Below, piece by piece: positions 23,401 to 36,440 of a DNA stretch of 64,000 bases. The position numbers were made by a program, and so were the translations under genes. Under the pieces are notes generated by a model. The model worked only from the letters and a program-made list of their open reading frames with translations, was not told the DNA's origin and did no database searches. The stretch is from Takakia lepidozioides (Eukaryota; Plantae; Bryophyta). The DNA lies in contig CM060734.1 of NCBI GenBank assembly GCA_030704615.1, forward strand, positions 23,064,001-23,128,000, read 5' to 3'. Each line of letters begins with the position of its first letter. Within the stretch, counting starts at the first letter, position 1.

Positions 23401-25438
23401 CAATGATATCATCCTGGTGAAGACCTTTGCCCACCCGGGCATTGAAGTCACCCAATAAGACCACCTGACCTTTGGCGAGGAACATAGCACGGTCCAGCTT
23501 TACGTCGTCAAAGGCTTGTCCGCGTCAGCACTAAGGGTTCCCTCTGGGGGCATGTAAACACCACCCACAAAGAGGTCCTTCGTATTCACTCCGCCCTTCA
23601 ATTTCAGTTTCAGCCAGATACTGTGCTCATACCGCAAACCCTTGTTGATAATTTCACAATTGTCACACAACTCACGGACAAAGAAGCCAATCCCTTTTTT
23701 ACCACGTTTGGCAGAGGCCGCCTTAAGAGCACACCATCTGATCAAACCACCTATAACCAATGACATCTCCAACCAGTTTGTCCGAAGTTTCCCATGTCTC
23801 TGGCCCTGCACAGATATGAATACCATTTGCCTGAAGAACTTGTCCCACTTCAAATTGTTGCCTCATTGAATCACCAATGTCTAAGACCACTCTCCAGCCT
23901 GTCAAGGGACGAACTTCTTTGAGGTTGACATGATGTGAGACTCTATTTGTAGCATTTTTAGACATTGAAACCTTCAGACTACCTCTGTTATCAAGTCTCG
24001 AGATGGAGCCATTAGCCACATAATCCAAGCCTAAGCTGGAGCATGTAGTTTTAAAGGACACGTCGTCCATCCTGGGATTCACCCCAAAAACTACACATGA
24101 AGCCCTAGATTTGGCATAAGTAACCAATTCCCAGGAATCACCCTGGGGAGTGTTGTTGTTGACAAGGGATAAGATATTGTTTGATTTCGCAGGCTATAAG
24201 TTTAAACACAAGGACCAACCCTAGCCCAAGTGCCGAGTATGCTAGACAGAGCATACAACTGCCCATTTTGGGCGGAGGGGCTGCCCCCAAGCGGTAGGGG
24301 TCCGCTTGTTACCATTGAGAGATCACACTCCAGGGAGCTGCAGGGAATGGCCCGCGTAGGCATATTCTAAAGAGGGGGAGGCCCCAAACTCTCCAACTAA
24401 ATCCAATGCACTACCTTACCTGAACCCTAAACCCTCTCCCTGTCCTCTAGGAAGCCTATTGCCATTGGGTGGACTTGATACGGATAAATGTCTCTGTGAC
24501 TAAATGCCGGCCTTGTGACCTCATGTCTTTGTTTGTTCTCACCTGAAGTGGGAGCGATAGAGACTTCCATGTTGAGAGGAAACCACTTGTGATGCAGGTT
24601 GTCCAATGGTACGTAGAACGGGGTTGCAAAGATATGGAGTTGTGCTTGGCACTCACTGCGGCAGCTTCTAGCAGTCGTATTGAAGTTGCAGCCCATCTTC
24701 TCGATCATGTTCCCCATCATGTGCTACAGACTCTCAGCACAGAAATCTTGAAGGTACTATACCTTGAAACATCCCTGGTCTATTTAAGGTGTAAGCTAGA
24801 AGTGTCCCGACTGCAGTAAAGGTGTGGATTGTGTCTTCAGCTGCCATTGAAACTCTAATGTACACTTTCATGACACGCCTACAAACATTCCCCTCAAACC
24901 CTCCTGATGTCTTTTGATTCGGCAACTTCAGGCAGCAGGCGAGCGCTCAGTGGGTTCCCTCAAGGGTATAGCCTTTCTCCTACAGGCTGATTTTTTGAGC
25001 AACTCCGAGGTGACCTACAGGATTGCTGACAACATTGCCACGTCAGCGGATGAAGCAATTACTCCAGAGCTGCGAGCCTTTTTGTTGAAAGAATGGTCAG
25101 AGGAAGCCTTTCTGAGGGGACGATTGCTGGGACAAGCTCACCATCTCAATGTCATGCGTGCGCTGAAAAGGGGGTCTTCTCCTCTTCACCTACAAGAACT
25201 TCCATTGCAGTTGCAAGTCACTGTTGCCTATCTCCCTCTCTATAAAGAGTGTGTGGCTTCAAGCGGTGTGGTTCTTTCTCAGTGGCTAAGGGGCCAGCTG
25301 GTTGAGGCTGCCCTGAAGCTGAACCCAGGTGGTCATTTTCCATCAGAGGAGAGTTTTGTCAAGTCAAGTAAGCAGGCACTCCTTTCTGTTCTAGAGTCAC
25401 GTCTGCCTGGGTTTTTGCTAGTGTCCCTTGGTGGGTAG
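8136..25438 (+). CDS. SKIP35: Ankyrin repeat protein SKIP35-like (7 exons)
   Basis: Exons ~8136-8322 (donor uncertain, 8298 possible), 8967-9252, 15836-16006, 16181-16637, 20923-21081, 24598-24753 and 24932-25438. GT-AG boundaries with consistent phases. Peptides ELGRSFQLAVSAHDWALAES, RTSFLASCVSACRSRTMSLADTV, EAFDAACFPLTLFSS, DVDLALGFASHYCKI, DMELCLALTAA and AAGERSVGSL match plant SKIP35. Confidence 0.92.
8967..9252 (+). CDS. SKIP35: SKIP35-like exon 2
   Basis: tttcag|GG...CTAAG|gtagtt; encodes ...KAELGRSFQLAVSAHDW...LDSIWFL. Confidence 0.85.
9624..12868 (+). mobile_element. LINE copy 1 (APE endonuclease, C-terminal CCHC; RT domain deleted), RTE/RTEX-like
   Basis: ORF from 10049 with ATFN, QETW, LLGDFNAR, VDYI and TSDH APE motifs. 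Deletion junction at ~12400. C-terminal CPLC..ED..HF..HC. 15-bp TSD TCTCATTGATAATGA at 9609-9623 and 12869-12883. Confidence 0.9.
12887..15565 (+). mobile_element. Stack of 5'-truncated and rearranged LINE fragments of the same family
   Basis: The 3' end motif GGTCAATGGCCACAAGGCTAYGGCAAACAACGTCTTATGAGTACATTCTC recurs at ~13410, 15018, 15257 and 15512. An RT segment is inverted at ~13611-14010. Confidence 0.85.
15836..16637 (+). CDS. SKIP35: SKIP35-like exons 3 (15836-16006) and 4 (16181-16637)
   Basis: ttcag|C ACT...CAA AG|gttggg and ctgcag|G CTC CGT...CTT CAG|gtgcag. Confidence 0.9.
16983..20395 (+). mobile_element. LINE copy 2 (5'-truncated; APE + RT + CCHC, frameshifted)
   Basis: RT motifs KAGGPDG, QAGFR, FLDVKKAYD, GVAQGCTLSP, MFADD and YLG. 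Starts after (CT)n and ends GAGTACA-(CT)n(CA)n. Confidence 0.9.
20923..21081 (+). CDS. SKIP35: SKIP35-like exon 5
   Basis: gtgcag|IAHRNGVELDVDLALGF...RGCME|gttggt. Confidence 0.9.
21457..24546 (-). mobile_element. LINE copy 3, antisense in intron 5, internally deleted, with inverted 5' leader
   Basis: Homologous to copies 1 and 2 on the - strand. 13-bp TSD AGTGRGAGCGATA at 21444-56 and 24547-59. Confidence 0.85.
24598..25438 (+). CDS. SKIP35: SKIP35-like exons 6 (24598-24753) and 7 (24932-25438, stop TAG)
   Basis: VVQWYVERGC...EILK|gtacta and cttcag|AAGERSVGSL...LPGFLLVSLGG*. Confidence 0.9.
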
Positions 25439-26319
25439 ATGCTGGTTATACTGACAACCCTTTTTTGGGAGTTTTTCCTTTCGGCTCACCTCACAGATTT
25501 AGCTTGGTTGCATATTGTCAATCAACTCTGACTTGAGGCCTCCCTCTGCCACCCCCCCAATAGAAGAGGGGCCTATCTGTGTGGAGGGTCAGGGAGACTA
25601 TAATGTATGTTGTGGTTGGAGTAGTCAATAATTTAGTGACTCAAATAAAGTGGTCCCTTGTGTCGCAGGCCTGTATCCTTTGTGGATGTTCTGACCCTGG
25701 ATTATATATCTTAGGGTCTGTCATAGTGTAGACAATCTCAGCATTTTGGGTGGTGGCATTGAAAGAAACATTCAGAGCAGTTGGGCGGAAACTACTATTG
25801 TTTGGAAGGAATTGAGGACATGCAGGTTGAAGAAATTTTAACGAAGTGAGAGAGTATCCAACTGAAAGAGTAGATGTCTCACTAGAAACCCTATTTCATT
25901 AAAAAAAAATGTAGAAGATGAACACGGAGGATGTAGACAGCTTCCACACATCCTGGACCTTCATCACCACAAAACCTGTGTCTCACCCTCTGTCTCAACA
26001 TATGCTTGAGGTTAGCAAGTATCTCACTATATCAATTATAGATTGTGCAAGCACTTGGTGAGTGTATGTAGTAATGTACAAGATGCATATTGAGTAGTAG
26101 TGCACAAAATGCATAGGATCTTGAAGGTTTTGACCTCTTTATGGTTTATTGACGTACAAGTCTTGTTGTCTTCATGTCTCTTCTGATTTGCTGTGGATAC
26201 ATAGGTTTCAACTCTACAAATTACACCTAGTTAGCAAGAAGCTCCAGGAAGCGATCCTTGCAGGTCGCCTCTTGGCCCAAAGAATGAGGGTGCCATTTCA
26301 AAAGCAACCCCTGGGTCAC

Positions 26320-26860
26320 AGAAAAAGCGACCCATTCTAGGTCGTTTTCAAATACCCATGTTAGACCAGAAATGTGTTTTAAAAAAAGAAACATATTTGT
26401 TGGAACATATTACCTGGAAATCGTTTTTACACACCTAGAATTTTTCTTTAAAAAAATAAATACTGGTCGTTTATTAGAAGCGCTCGTCCCCTCGGGATTG
26501 TTTTTAGGATATCCCTCCATGACAGAGATTTTCTACACCCACATAAAACTAGAAATTAGAAAAACAAATATATTAGAAGCTTGGAGGTCGTTGTCAATTG
26601 TACATCCCCAAAGCAACATGTTCGTCCTATTTTTCGAAGCGACACGACATGGGTCGTTTTTATGTGTAACAGCTGACCTGTCGCTTTGGGGGGTTAGGTG
26701 AATGGCCAAAAAATAATTCCCAAGGGGTCCCTTTTAAGTTTATAAGCGACAACTTGAATATCGCTTTTTAGAATTTATTCGTGGGGATGGGCGTTTGAGG
26801 ACGTCAGACATCGCTTTGGCGTCGCTAACCCCTCTCAAACCCCCCTCAAACGGTGTAGTG
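26320..26860. mobile_element. Possible CACTA-like non-autonomous remnant
   Basis: Ends GTAGTG (reverse complement CACTAC) and contains AAGCGAC/GTCGCTT subterminal-type motifs. No matching left end was found. Confidence 0.3.
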
Positions 26861-26899
26861 ATACCTAAGGTGGATTCTCCAAACTTCCGAACGATAGAG

Positions 26900-28230
26900 A
26901 GAGAGAGAGAGGACTCCGGCCAAGGCCAGCGTAACTAAGACTCACTTCGCCTCATAGCTACTGCCCCCTTTTGGGGGTGGGCCCTGTAAAGAAAACAGGT
27001 GTCCAGGGGACACCGAGTAACCAAGGGGTAGTGGTACCTAGGATACGGGGCAGGAGCGGTATTCCCACCACCGTACTACATTTTTACGGATCGTCTCAAT
27101 TCACTCTTTATACTTCGTAATCATCTGGCCTGCCCTCCTCCCACCACCACCACCACCCCGATCACAATCTTATCTCTGCTATTATCAAACTAGCAATTAC
27201 CATCGACAAACCCATCCACTTTCTCAAAGTACGATCTACAAACCATCCTCACTCGTGAGACAAACAAACAAGCCCTAGCATCCACCAGCCACACCAAGGT
27301 CCATATCCAAAAATGGACTCAATCTACCGTACTTCACCATAAGTTATCAAACTACTTTTGGCACACCAAGGTTATCACTGACGCGCAAATCCGACAAACC
27401 TTCAAATTCCGGTACGCTCAATACATGGGACACCAACGTAAGCACATCTTCTGGCCACGCCTATTTCCATCCCCCTACTGCCCATTATGCACACACACAC
27501 ATCAAGAACACGACACCTGGCCCCGCCTTCTAAGTCAATGTACTCACCCGGTTATTCATGGCCTCCGCATTACTCGCCATAACCACGTTGTCTGGCACAT
27601 TCATAAACTTCTCATGACCCGCCCTGAAACCAGATGGTTCTCACTCATCAATGCTGGTACCTATCAAGGCCGACCCCCGGATCATACTGTCCTCACTGGC
27701 TCCTCCCGTGTACTTGTCTATATTTACTTGTGATAGGGCTTCAAAGATGGCCATAAGCTCGGCCCGGAGGATGGTGGCGGGTCCAGGGAGCCTATGGGCC
27801 GTCCCTTTGTTGGTGGCGGCATGAGAGACGCCATATCTGGCAAGGGAGCTAGATTGGGAGCCATCTGTGTAGTGTGAGTGGAGTGGGGGGTATTTGGGGG
27901 AGATAGGCCCCAGGTAGACAGGCGGGGCGTCATGAGGGGTTACATTAGGGGGGGTGCGGGGGCGGGGTGGGATTTTGTCTCATATTGTGTTAATATTTTG
28001 CATATATGATGGTCTGGTGGAGGAGCAGTGGCCCGGTGGGAGTGGATAGGTGGTAAGTAACATATCATGAGTATGAGATAAAAGATGTTTAAGGCGTGTG
28101 AAGCAGTCTGGAGGTATAAGGGTGTCAGGGTCATTATGGACAAACAGAAGTAATGTCAAAGTGGGTTCTTTGTGTCGCAGGTATTTAGGGAAAGGTAGGT
28201 TTCGCATGTAGCGAAGTTGGTTAGGTTCAA
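26900..28230 (-). mobile_element. Dualen/RandI-like non-LTR retrotransposon relic (RNase H + CCHC/RHN) with internal inversion
   Basis: - strand: YTDGS...TILRAELMAIFEAL (~27735-27875). + strand 27065-27720: YYIFTD...PIHFLKVR and CPLC...DTWPRLLSQC...TRHN. Confidence 0.65.
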
Positions 28231-28236
28231 TGGCGG

Positions 28237-29550
28237 CTAATGTTGTTGCCCCGTGGATGAGGCCATTCCTTTTGCAGTTTCTTCATCAAGGAGACTTGTT
28301 AAACCTTGATCCTCCAGCACCTCTTCAGTGCCTTCTGTCACATCTATGGCCTTGTTCAGTTCTTCCTCTCCTTGTGGCACATCCCAATCGTCTAGCAAAT
28401 CATCTCCAGAGGTGTTGTGCCACTCCTCATCATCAGATTCTGAGTCTTCACTGGTGGTAGTCTCTTCACTTGTATCAGATTCCACCTCCACTAGGTTGGG
28501 AGAGCTGGTGATGCTCATGATGCCCTCCTCCTCAACACCAGATTTGTGATTCTCTTCATTAGAGCAGCTCGTCAATCCTGCAACTACCCTGTAATCTGGC
28601 TCACACTGATTGACAGTGTGTAGTGGAAAGTGTGCCACATCCTTGCTTGGCCCATATCGAATTCTGATGGTCTCATTCTCCGTGTCAACCACAACCCCAA
28701 ACTTCTTTAAAAAGTCAAGTCCCAACAACATGTGGTAGGTATCAGTATCAACAATCATGAAAGATAATCTGTTGGTGAGTTCCCCTACAATGACTTTGAG
28801 ATCTTCAAGTCTACCCATGGCTGTCTCTACAGCACCTGAGGCCACCCTGTAAGTCATGTCTTTATCACTCACCACTGACCCCATCAAACCCAAATCTCTG
28901 ACAGTGCTGGCAGCCTTAACAGATAACATGGCTCCAGTATCCACCTGCCCCAAGACTTGATGTCCACCAATAGAAACCATGGCATGTAAGGCCTTCACCT
29001 TGCCTAAATGTGTATATGCCACCTCAGCTCAAGACTTCTTCTTAGGACCTGCCACAAGTGCAACAGTAGTTGTTGGCTGAACTCCTGGTGTCAGCTTTGT
29101 TGTTGTTACCACATTTGTTGCCTCCTTTTGCTGATGTACAGCCTTTTCCACAACTTTAACAATTCCCTTCAGTTTCTCCAATTCTCCTGGTACATACATA
29201 ATCAGATCCATAGGTGACAATGAAATTCTCCCTTTATAGAATTGGTTGAGAATCCTGGACTTTGTACCTCCATCAACGTTCAAAAGTTCAAACCGGGTAG
29301 CCAGGACATGTTCCGTCACAGTCGCGAATCCATTGTCAAGTGCTTCTTTGGAGAAAGGCACTGGTTTGTCGTCAGAATAAAACTCTGCTTCGGAGGAAGC
29401 CATGTTACGTCCCCGAGCGGGGGGTTCTCTTTCCTCAGCTGCTCCTTTGTGAAATCAGATGATTCAGCTATGCAACACACTGGTTGCACATGAAATGAGG
29501 CGAAACCACCCGTTCCTTGAAGATTGTGCATATTATGATATTCCATCTAA
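28237..29550 (-). mobile_element. Ty3/Gypsy gag-protease fragment
   Basis: Retropepsin QVDTGAMLS...MLLGLDFL (ORF 28237-29022), preceded by a degenerate gag-like ORF. Confidence 0.8.
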
Positions 29551-29559
29551 TCAATGTGG

Positions 29560-32500
29560 GACGGTTCCTGACAAGTCACCGTCAAATTTTTGAATGGGTC
29601 CATCTTCTTGGAGAAAGAGGTGTACGATTTCGACGGGAAGTTGTTGAAATACTCTTTTCAAAATCGTGATGAGATGGCTCATGTGAGCCAGTGGAGAGTG
29701 CGCCCTGGTAGATACAGAGTACTTGGAGAGCCTCGGAGAAAGTTCCTTGGATCATATGTGACGCCCGGGACTGCTGCTTCAGTCCTTGAAGACAAAATGG
29801 AGGTGGTGGTGAAAAAAAAAGAAACGTGCTCAACTCCAATCGTTGAGCTTTCGGATTCGTCCGCTGATGACATTAGTGAAATTCCAACTCCAGTCCTTTG
29901 TACTGTAGTTGTGGAAGCGGATGAAGAAGACATTTGTAGTGTCATTCCAAAACTACGGGCGATGGGAGGAATGGCAGGTTTCAAAAGTGAGTTGTGGGGA
30001 ATTGATTGGGAAGCTTTGAAGCAGGTGCCTGTGAAGTTCCTGCCAGAGACTTTTGATGGGGATATCCTATTTGAGCTGCCTCCTCCTCCGCAAGTTGGAG
30101 GTATAACAAGCATGATGCACGGAATGGACAAGAAACACGACGGGCACCCATGGTGCAGAACAAAAACATCCAATATTCAAAATGAGGACAAGTTTGTTTT
30201 CAGGAGAACAGTTGGCAATGGACACCTTAGGTGTGATAATTTGAATTGCAGACACTTTCTTCAGTCTGGGGTTCACAATCAAAGTGAGTGGGAGGGTCTC
30301 GCGGAAAATCCATTTAAGCCTGGGACTGCTCCTCCAGCGGAAACCACTTTCGTTTGCAAATTCTGCAAACTAGTACCAACCTGCCTGGCGCTGCAACGAC
30401 GCAATGGCGTGAGCGCGCGAGCGTACGCTCACGCAGGAGTGACGTGGCGTGAGCGTCATGTCAGCATGCTAATGTGGCGGCAAATGATGATGTGGCACTG
30501 TCCGTCATCTGCCACATCAGCATTAACATGCGCCGCCTATAACCAAGGATGGTCCTATGACCATGGAATTAATGCAGGGAATCTTGCCTAAATAGAATCA
30601 AGACTACCATGAGGCCTACAATTGTAGCATCCAACATTGTGCAATTACAAATGCTTGTTTCACTTTTACAATTACGAGGACGAGAAAATATCCTCACAAA
30701 GTGTGTGCCATAGAGGCTACCACGGGAAGACCTTCCTCCCTCCTCAAATAACAATGAGAGTTAGGATCATCTTCAAAAGATGATTGTAGTGCATAGCGAC
30801 AGCAAGACATGTAGACTTCGAACGGTGCAATGACAAATGTGCTTTTAAAAGTTGCCACTCAGAGCTCACTCAGTATAGTTGGAGGCCATATCATTGCACC
30901 GCCGACGAATTGATGTGAATTACACATTTCAAATCATGGTCATCCACATACCACATTGCATAGTTGATGCTATCCATGTGTTGTATCCCGTTGCAATAGA
31001 GTATCGACCTCGTTGAAACTCATAGTGGCCTGGTGAATGAAGTTGTCACGTTTGGGATCGCAAACCATCATCTTCAAAAATATGAAATACAAATGTTTGC
31101 AGGGTATGAATTTACCTCTCTTGCCCAAACTGGTTGATAGCATATTCACAAAATCAGGACATGTGCAATTGGGGAAATTGAAAACCGTGATGTCGTAGGT
31201 CCTGTCATGAACAGCAGATGTGGAAGTGATGATTGTGAATACCCGACCATATCCTGGATCGGGTACTTCCGTGGTGCTTCCAACACGAGCTTGGAGCATT
31301 CTTGCGGACTCCACTTTGCCAAAGTGTTCAGCGGTTGGAGGGAAACGCCGAATGAGCTTTCCATCTCGTTTGGTTGGACACAAGTGAGGATTTGCCGGGG
31401 GGACCCGGGAGGACGCAGAAGTAGTAGCACATGCATGGGGTTGGGGTTGTCTCGCAAGGGAAAAACCTACCTCCTCCAGCATTTCAATCTCCTGAAATCT
31501 GAGATGTGTTCCCACCTTGACGGGCCAAACGGTTGGAGGAGATGGCTTCATCACTACGGAAGGACGCACAGTTCCATGCACACATCTGACACAATCATCT
31601 GCGCAGAACCAAAACTTGTGGTTCTTGGCTTCTGGTTGACCGTATGGACGCATCAAACCCGTGAAAGTCGAAGCAGGAGTTCGGGCACCACCTCTGGATA
31701 TAGATGAAGTGCACTTCTCGAAATTAGTTGCCCCGATCGCTGTACATTTCACACGAGACCCTACACTTGTGCGTTCTATGTGTCAAACATGGTCGGGGCA
31801 TGCGGACTCAAGCACATCAAGGGGGTTGTTTCTCTCCTGCACCATTTCAGTGGCACTGTTTGATGCTAGAGCTTGCCGTCGTGTTGGAGGTTCCTCCACA
31901 ATGGAAGTTCCAGACATGGAGCTGTCATGCAGGGGAACATGAGGCTTCGAGAAGTTATCACGGTCTGCCCTGTGTGAATCGGAATCCGAACCAGGTGGGG
32001 TGTTCAATTTCCTCTTACAAGAGCCGAATCTCTCCTCCCCCTTCAAGATGTGGAACTCTAGAAACAAGTGGCATTCCCTGGGCATACATGCTCACCGCCC
32101 GTGCTATCTTGATTGGATCCCCAGATCTGTTTGCAGCACGCAACATCAACTCCCATTTGTCCGGACCCTTGCCACCAACCCCACCTCGCAAGAAATCACG
32201 GTATCGGGTTTGTTGTTGCAAGGCACGTATCAAATCATCTGTTGTTGCCACATACAAATCCCGACCTCGTTTCCCAGACTGCTGCAACCATGCGTTGTGC
32301 ACAGTTTCTGCCAAATTGCAAGATGGATGTCCGCCATTTCCTCAATGGACATGTTCTGCAAAGTGGAGAACCACACTTCAAAACAGTGAACAGAAAACAA
32401 CATAAAGAAAGCGAGGAGACAATAAAATGGAAAGTAAATGTATGAATAAAGCAAGAAATATAAGCCTCGTACCACTGCCATGGCTGCTCCCCACTGTCTA

Positions 32501-35500
32501 TACCGGAAGTGCCAAAACGCCAGCCAATCTTCCAATGCTCTCATACTCTCAAGTGATGCAGCTCCAGAAGAGAACCACCAGGCACGAATTGTCTGGAACA
32601 AAGTGTCCGCCTCCTTCATTGTTCTAGCATCTTTGTACTCTTTGCACAATTTACGGTGCTGAGTCTGCATCTCTGGTTTGATGTCCGACTTTGTATGTTT
32701 TTCCAGAGATTGTGTCCAATGGAATTGACAGGTACGCTCTCTTCCTCGCATTGGCACTTTTGGGTCGCCCGATCCGAAGACAATACGAACAGCATTGAAA
32801 TTTGCTTGAGCATTATCCGCCATGAAACTTGCGAAATTTGGAGATGGCAGCCCATGACACGTATCAGGGAATTCCACATGAGCTTCTGGGATTCCGTATC
32901 CTCGGATTGCATGTCACAAACTGCAATTGTCATAACTCGTTGGTACACTGGATCGTAGACATGACAAGCCATTATCGTCCAATCCTTCACTCGTTTCACA
33001 TGATCAAACATAAGAAAACAATTCTGCAGGTCCCCAGTCTTCTGCATCCGCTTCACGAGGCTAACCCCACTACCCTCCCCAACAGTCGACATTTTGAAAA
33101 GAAAAACTTTGATGGCACATTCATCCTCTGTACTCTTTAATCCACCCCACAAACCTACCACACTCATGTCATATACGTTGTGCATTCGTCTAAAGTTTTA
33201 GTCATGCATCTTCCTGTCATGAATGTTTTCCATTGCTCAACATCCATTATACATTCATCCATTTGACTCTTATCCATCCCTCATTCATCCATCTACATTC
33301 ATTTTTCACACTCATCCATTTGTTTATCATCCAACTGTACATTCATCCATCCTTTATTCATCTGTTGCTTTCAGGTGGGAATGACCACTGCCTTTTATTA
33401 TGTCGTCCAGCTTGTTTCCACGGTAAAGGGTGCCAATCCGCGGGAATACACTCCACTCCTTCCTGGGCACGTGGTGACGCGGTCTTCAAGTGTGATGACG
33501 TGGAGTGAGTCCCGTGATGTGGCATTGGCGCAAGGTGACGTGGCGTGAGCGCAGTTGTGCTCACGCGCTCATGTGACCAGGCTCACGCCGAGGCATCCCT
33601 GCCTGGTGCTGTGTGGAGCAAGAATGTACTATGTTGTCCACCGTTTGGAAACCATGACAAGAGCTTGTGTGCATTTCGGTTTCCATAACCATCCTGTCTC
33701 GAAGGGGGATTACAGGGAGAGTGTTGAGACAGTATCGAGGTTGATTAAACAGGAGTACAAGAGAAACCCATTCGCAACAACATCCGCAATCGCTCTTGGC
33801 GCAAGTCCTTCTTGGAAAGCCATATTTTGAGTGAAGGGGATTCTGTGGGGACTAAACTTGACGGTGCAGCACTCGACGTTGTCATGGATCATTTCTCCAC
33901 GTTGAGTTCACCTAACATTCGGCATCAGATCAATGCATTGAGAATGGGCTCTCGGATCAGAGGCTACATAGACAACATTTTGGAGTTGAAACGACTGAGC
34001 ATGTACGACTACATCCAGGACAATGTTTTTCCAGGTCAAGGTGCCATCAAAGTTTTTCTTTTCAAAATGTCGACTGTTGGGGAGGGTAGTGGGGTTAGCC
34101 TCGTGAAGCGGATGCAGAAGACTGGGGACCTACAGAATTGTTTTCTTATGTTTGATCATGTGAAACGAGTGAAAGATTGGATGACGATGGCTTGTCATGT
34201 GTACGATCCAATGTACCAACGAGTTATGACAATTGCAATTTGTGACATGCAATCCGAGGATACGGAATCCCAGAAGCTCATGTGGAATTCCCTTGTACGT
34301 GTTATGGGCTGCCATGGGGTGCCATCTCCAAATTTTGCTGGTTTTATGGCAGATAGTGCTCAGGCAAATTTCAATGCAGTTCGAATTGTCTTCGAATCAG
34401 GCGACCCAAAAGTACCAATGTTGGGAAGAGAGCATACATGTCGATTCCATTGGACACAATCTTTGGAGAAACATACAAAATCAGACATCAAACCAGAGAT
34501 GCAGACACAACACCATAAATTGTGCAAAGAGTACAAAGATGCTAGAACAATGAAGGAGGCGGACACTTTGTTCCAGACAATTCGTGCTTGGTGGTTCTCT
34601 TCTGGAGCGGCATCGCTTGAGAATATGAGAGCATTGGAAGATTGGCTGGTGTTTTGGCACTTCTGGTACAGACAGTGGGGAGCAGCCATGACAATGGTGC
34701 GAGGCTTGTATTGTTAGTTTTATTCATTCATTTACTTTCCAAATTTTGCTCTCCTTGCTTTCTTTATGTTGTTCCCTGTGCACTGTTCTGAAGTGTGGTT
34801 CGGCTCTTTGCAGAACATGTCCATTGAGGAAATGACGGACATGCCATCTTGCAATTTGGCAGAGACTGTGCACAATGCATGGTTGCAACAGTCTGGGAAA
34901 CGAGGTCGGGATTTGTATGTGGCAACAACAGATGATCTGATACGTGCCTTGCAACAGCAAACCAGATACCGTGATTTCTTGCGAGGAGGGGCTGGTGGCA
35001 AGGGTCCGGACAAACAGGAGTTGATGTTGCGTGCTGCAAACAGATCTGGGGATCCAAGCAAGATAGCACGGGCGGTGAGCATGTATGCCCAGGGAACGCC
35101 ACTTGTTTCTAGAGTTCCACATCTTGAAGGGGAGGAGAGATTCGGCTCATGTAAGAGGAAATTGAACACCCCACCTGGTTCGGATTCCGATTCGCACAGG
35201 GCAGACCGTGATAACTTCTCGAAGCCTCGTGTTCCCCTGCATGGCAGATCCATGTCCGGAACCTCCATTCTGGAGGAACCTCCGACACGACGGCAGGCTC
35301 CAGCATCTAACAGTGCCACTGAAATGGTGCAGGAGAGAAACTACCCCCTTGATGTGCTGGAGTCCGCATGCCCCAACCACGTTTGGCACATAGAACGCAC
35401 AAGTGCAGGGTCTCGTGTGAAATGTACAGCGATCAGGGCAACTAATTTCGAGAAGTGCACTTCATCTATATCCAGAGGCGGTGCCCGGACTCCTGCTCCG

Positions 35501-36440
35501 ACTTTCACGGGTTTGATGCGTCCATACGGCCAACCAGAAGCAAAGAACCACAAGTTCTGGTTCTGCGCAGACAATTGTGGTAGATGTGTGCATGGAACTA
35601 TGCGTCCTTCCGTGGTGATGAAGCCAACTCCTCCAACCGTTTGGCCCGTCAAGGTGGGAACACATCTCACAAGTCAGGAGATTGCAATGCTGGAGGAGGC
35701 AGGCTTTTCCCTTGCGAGACAACCCCTACTGCATACATGTGTTTCTACTTCTGCGTCCTCTCGGGTCCCCCGGCAAATCCTCACTTGTGGCCAACCAAAC
35801 AAGATGGAAAGCTGGTTCGGCGTTTCCCTCCAACCGCTGAACACTTCGGCAAAGTGGAGTCCGCAAGAATGCTCCAAGCTCATGTTGCAAGCACCACGGA
35901 AGTGCCCGATCCAGGATATGGTCGGGTGTACACAATGATCACTTCGACATCTGCTGTTCATGACAGGGCATACGACATCACGGTTTCCAATTTTCCCAAT
36001 TGCACATGTCCTGATTTTGTGAATATGCTATCAACCAGTTTGGGCAAGAGAGGTAAATTCATACCCTGCAAACATTTGTATTTCGTATTTTTGAAGATGA
36101 TGGTTTGCGATCCCAAATGTGACAACTTCGTTCACCAGGCCACTCTGAGTTTCAACGAGGTCGATACTCTATTGCAGCGGGATACAACACATATGTAGCA
36201 TCAACTATGCCATGTGGTATATGGACGATCATGCTATGAAATGTGCAATTTGCAACATTGTCATGGAAAGTCAATTCAAATCAATTCGTTTGCAACATCG
36301 TCGGCGGTGCAATGATATGACATCCCTTATCCCTCCATTTAGCATTTGCCACCACATCAGCCTGCTTACATCACGCTCACGCCACATCACTCCTGCGAGA
36401 GCGTACGCTCACGCGCAAGGCTCACGCCATTGCGTCGTTG
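29560..36440 (+). mobile_element. MULE copy B (5'-truncated), transposase split by nested copy C
   Basis: The N-terminal part 29590-30393 continues at 33612 (CLAL|CGARMYY). Intron 34697-34813; SWIM ends at 36198. 3' TIR ...GCTCACGCCATTGCGTCGTTG at 36440. Confidence 0.85.
30394..33601 (-). mobile_element. MULE copy C, internally deleted, with both TIRs, nested antisense in copy B
   Basis: Termini CAACGACGCAATGGCGTGAGC and CAGGGATGCCTCGGCGTGAGC. 10-bp TSD CCTGG(C/T)GCTG at 30384-93 and 33602-11. Retains the DDE-SWIM half (33118-30970). Confidence 0.88.
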
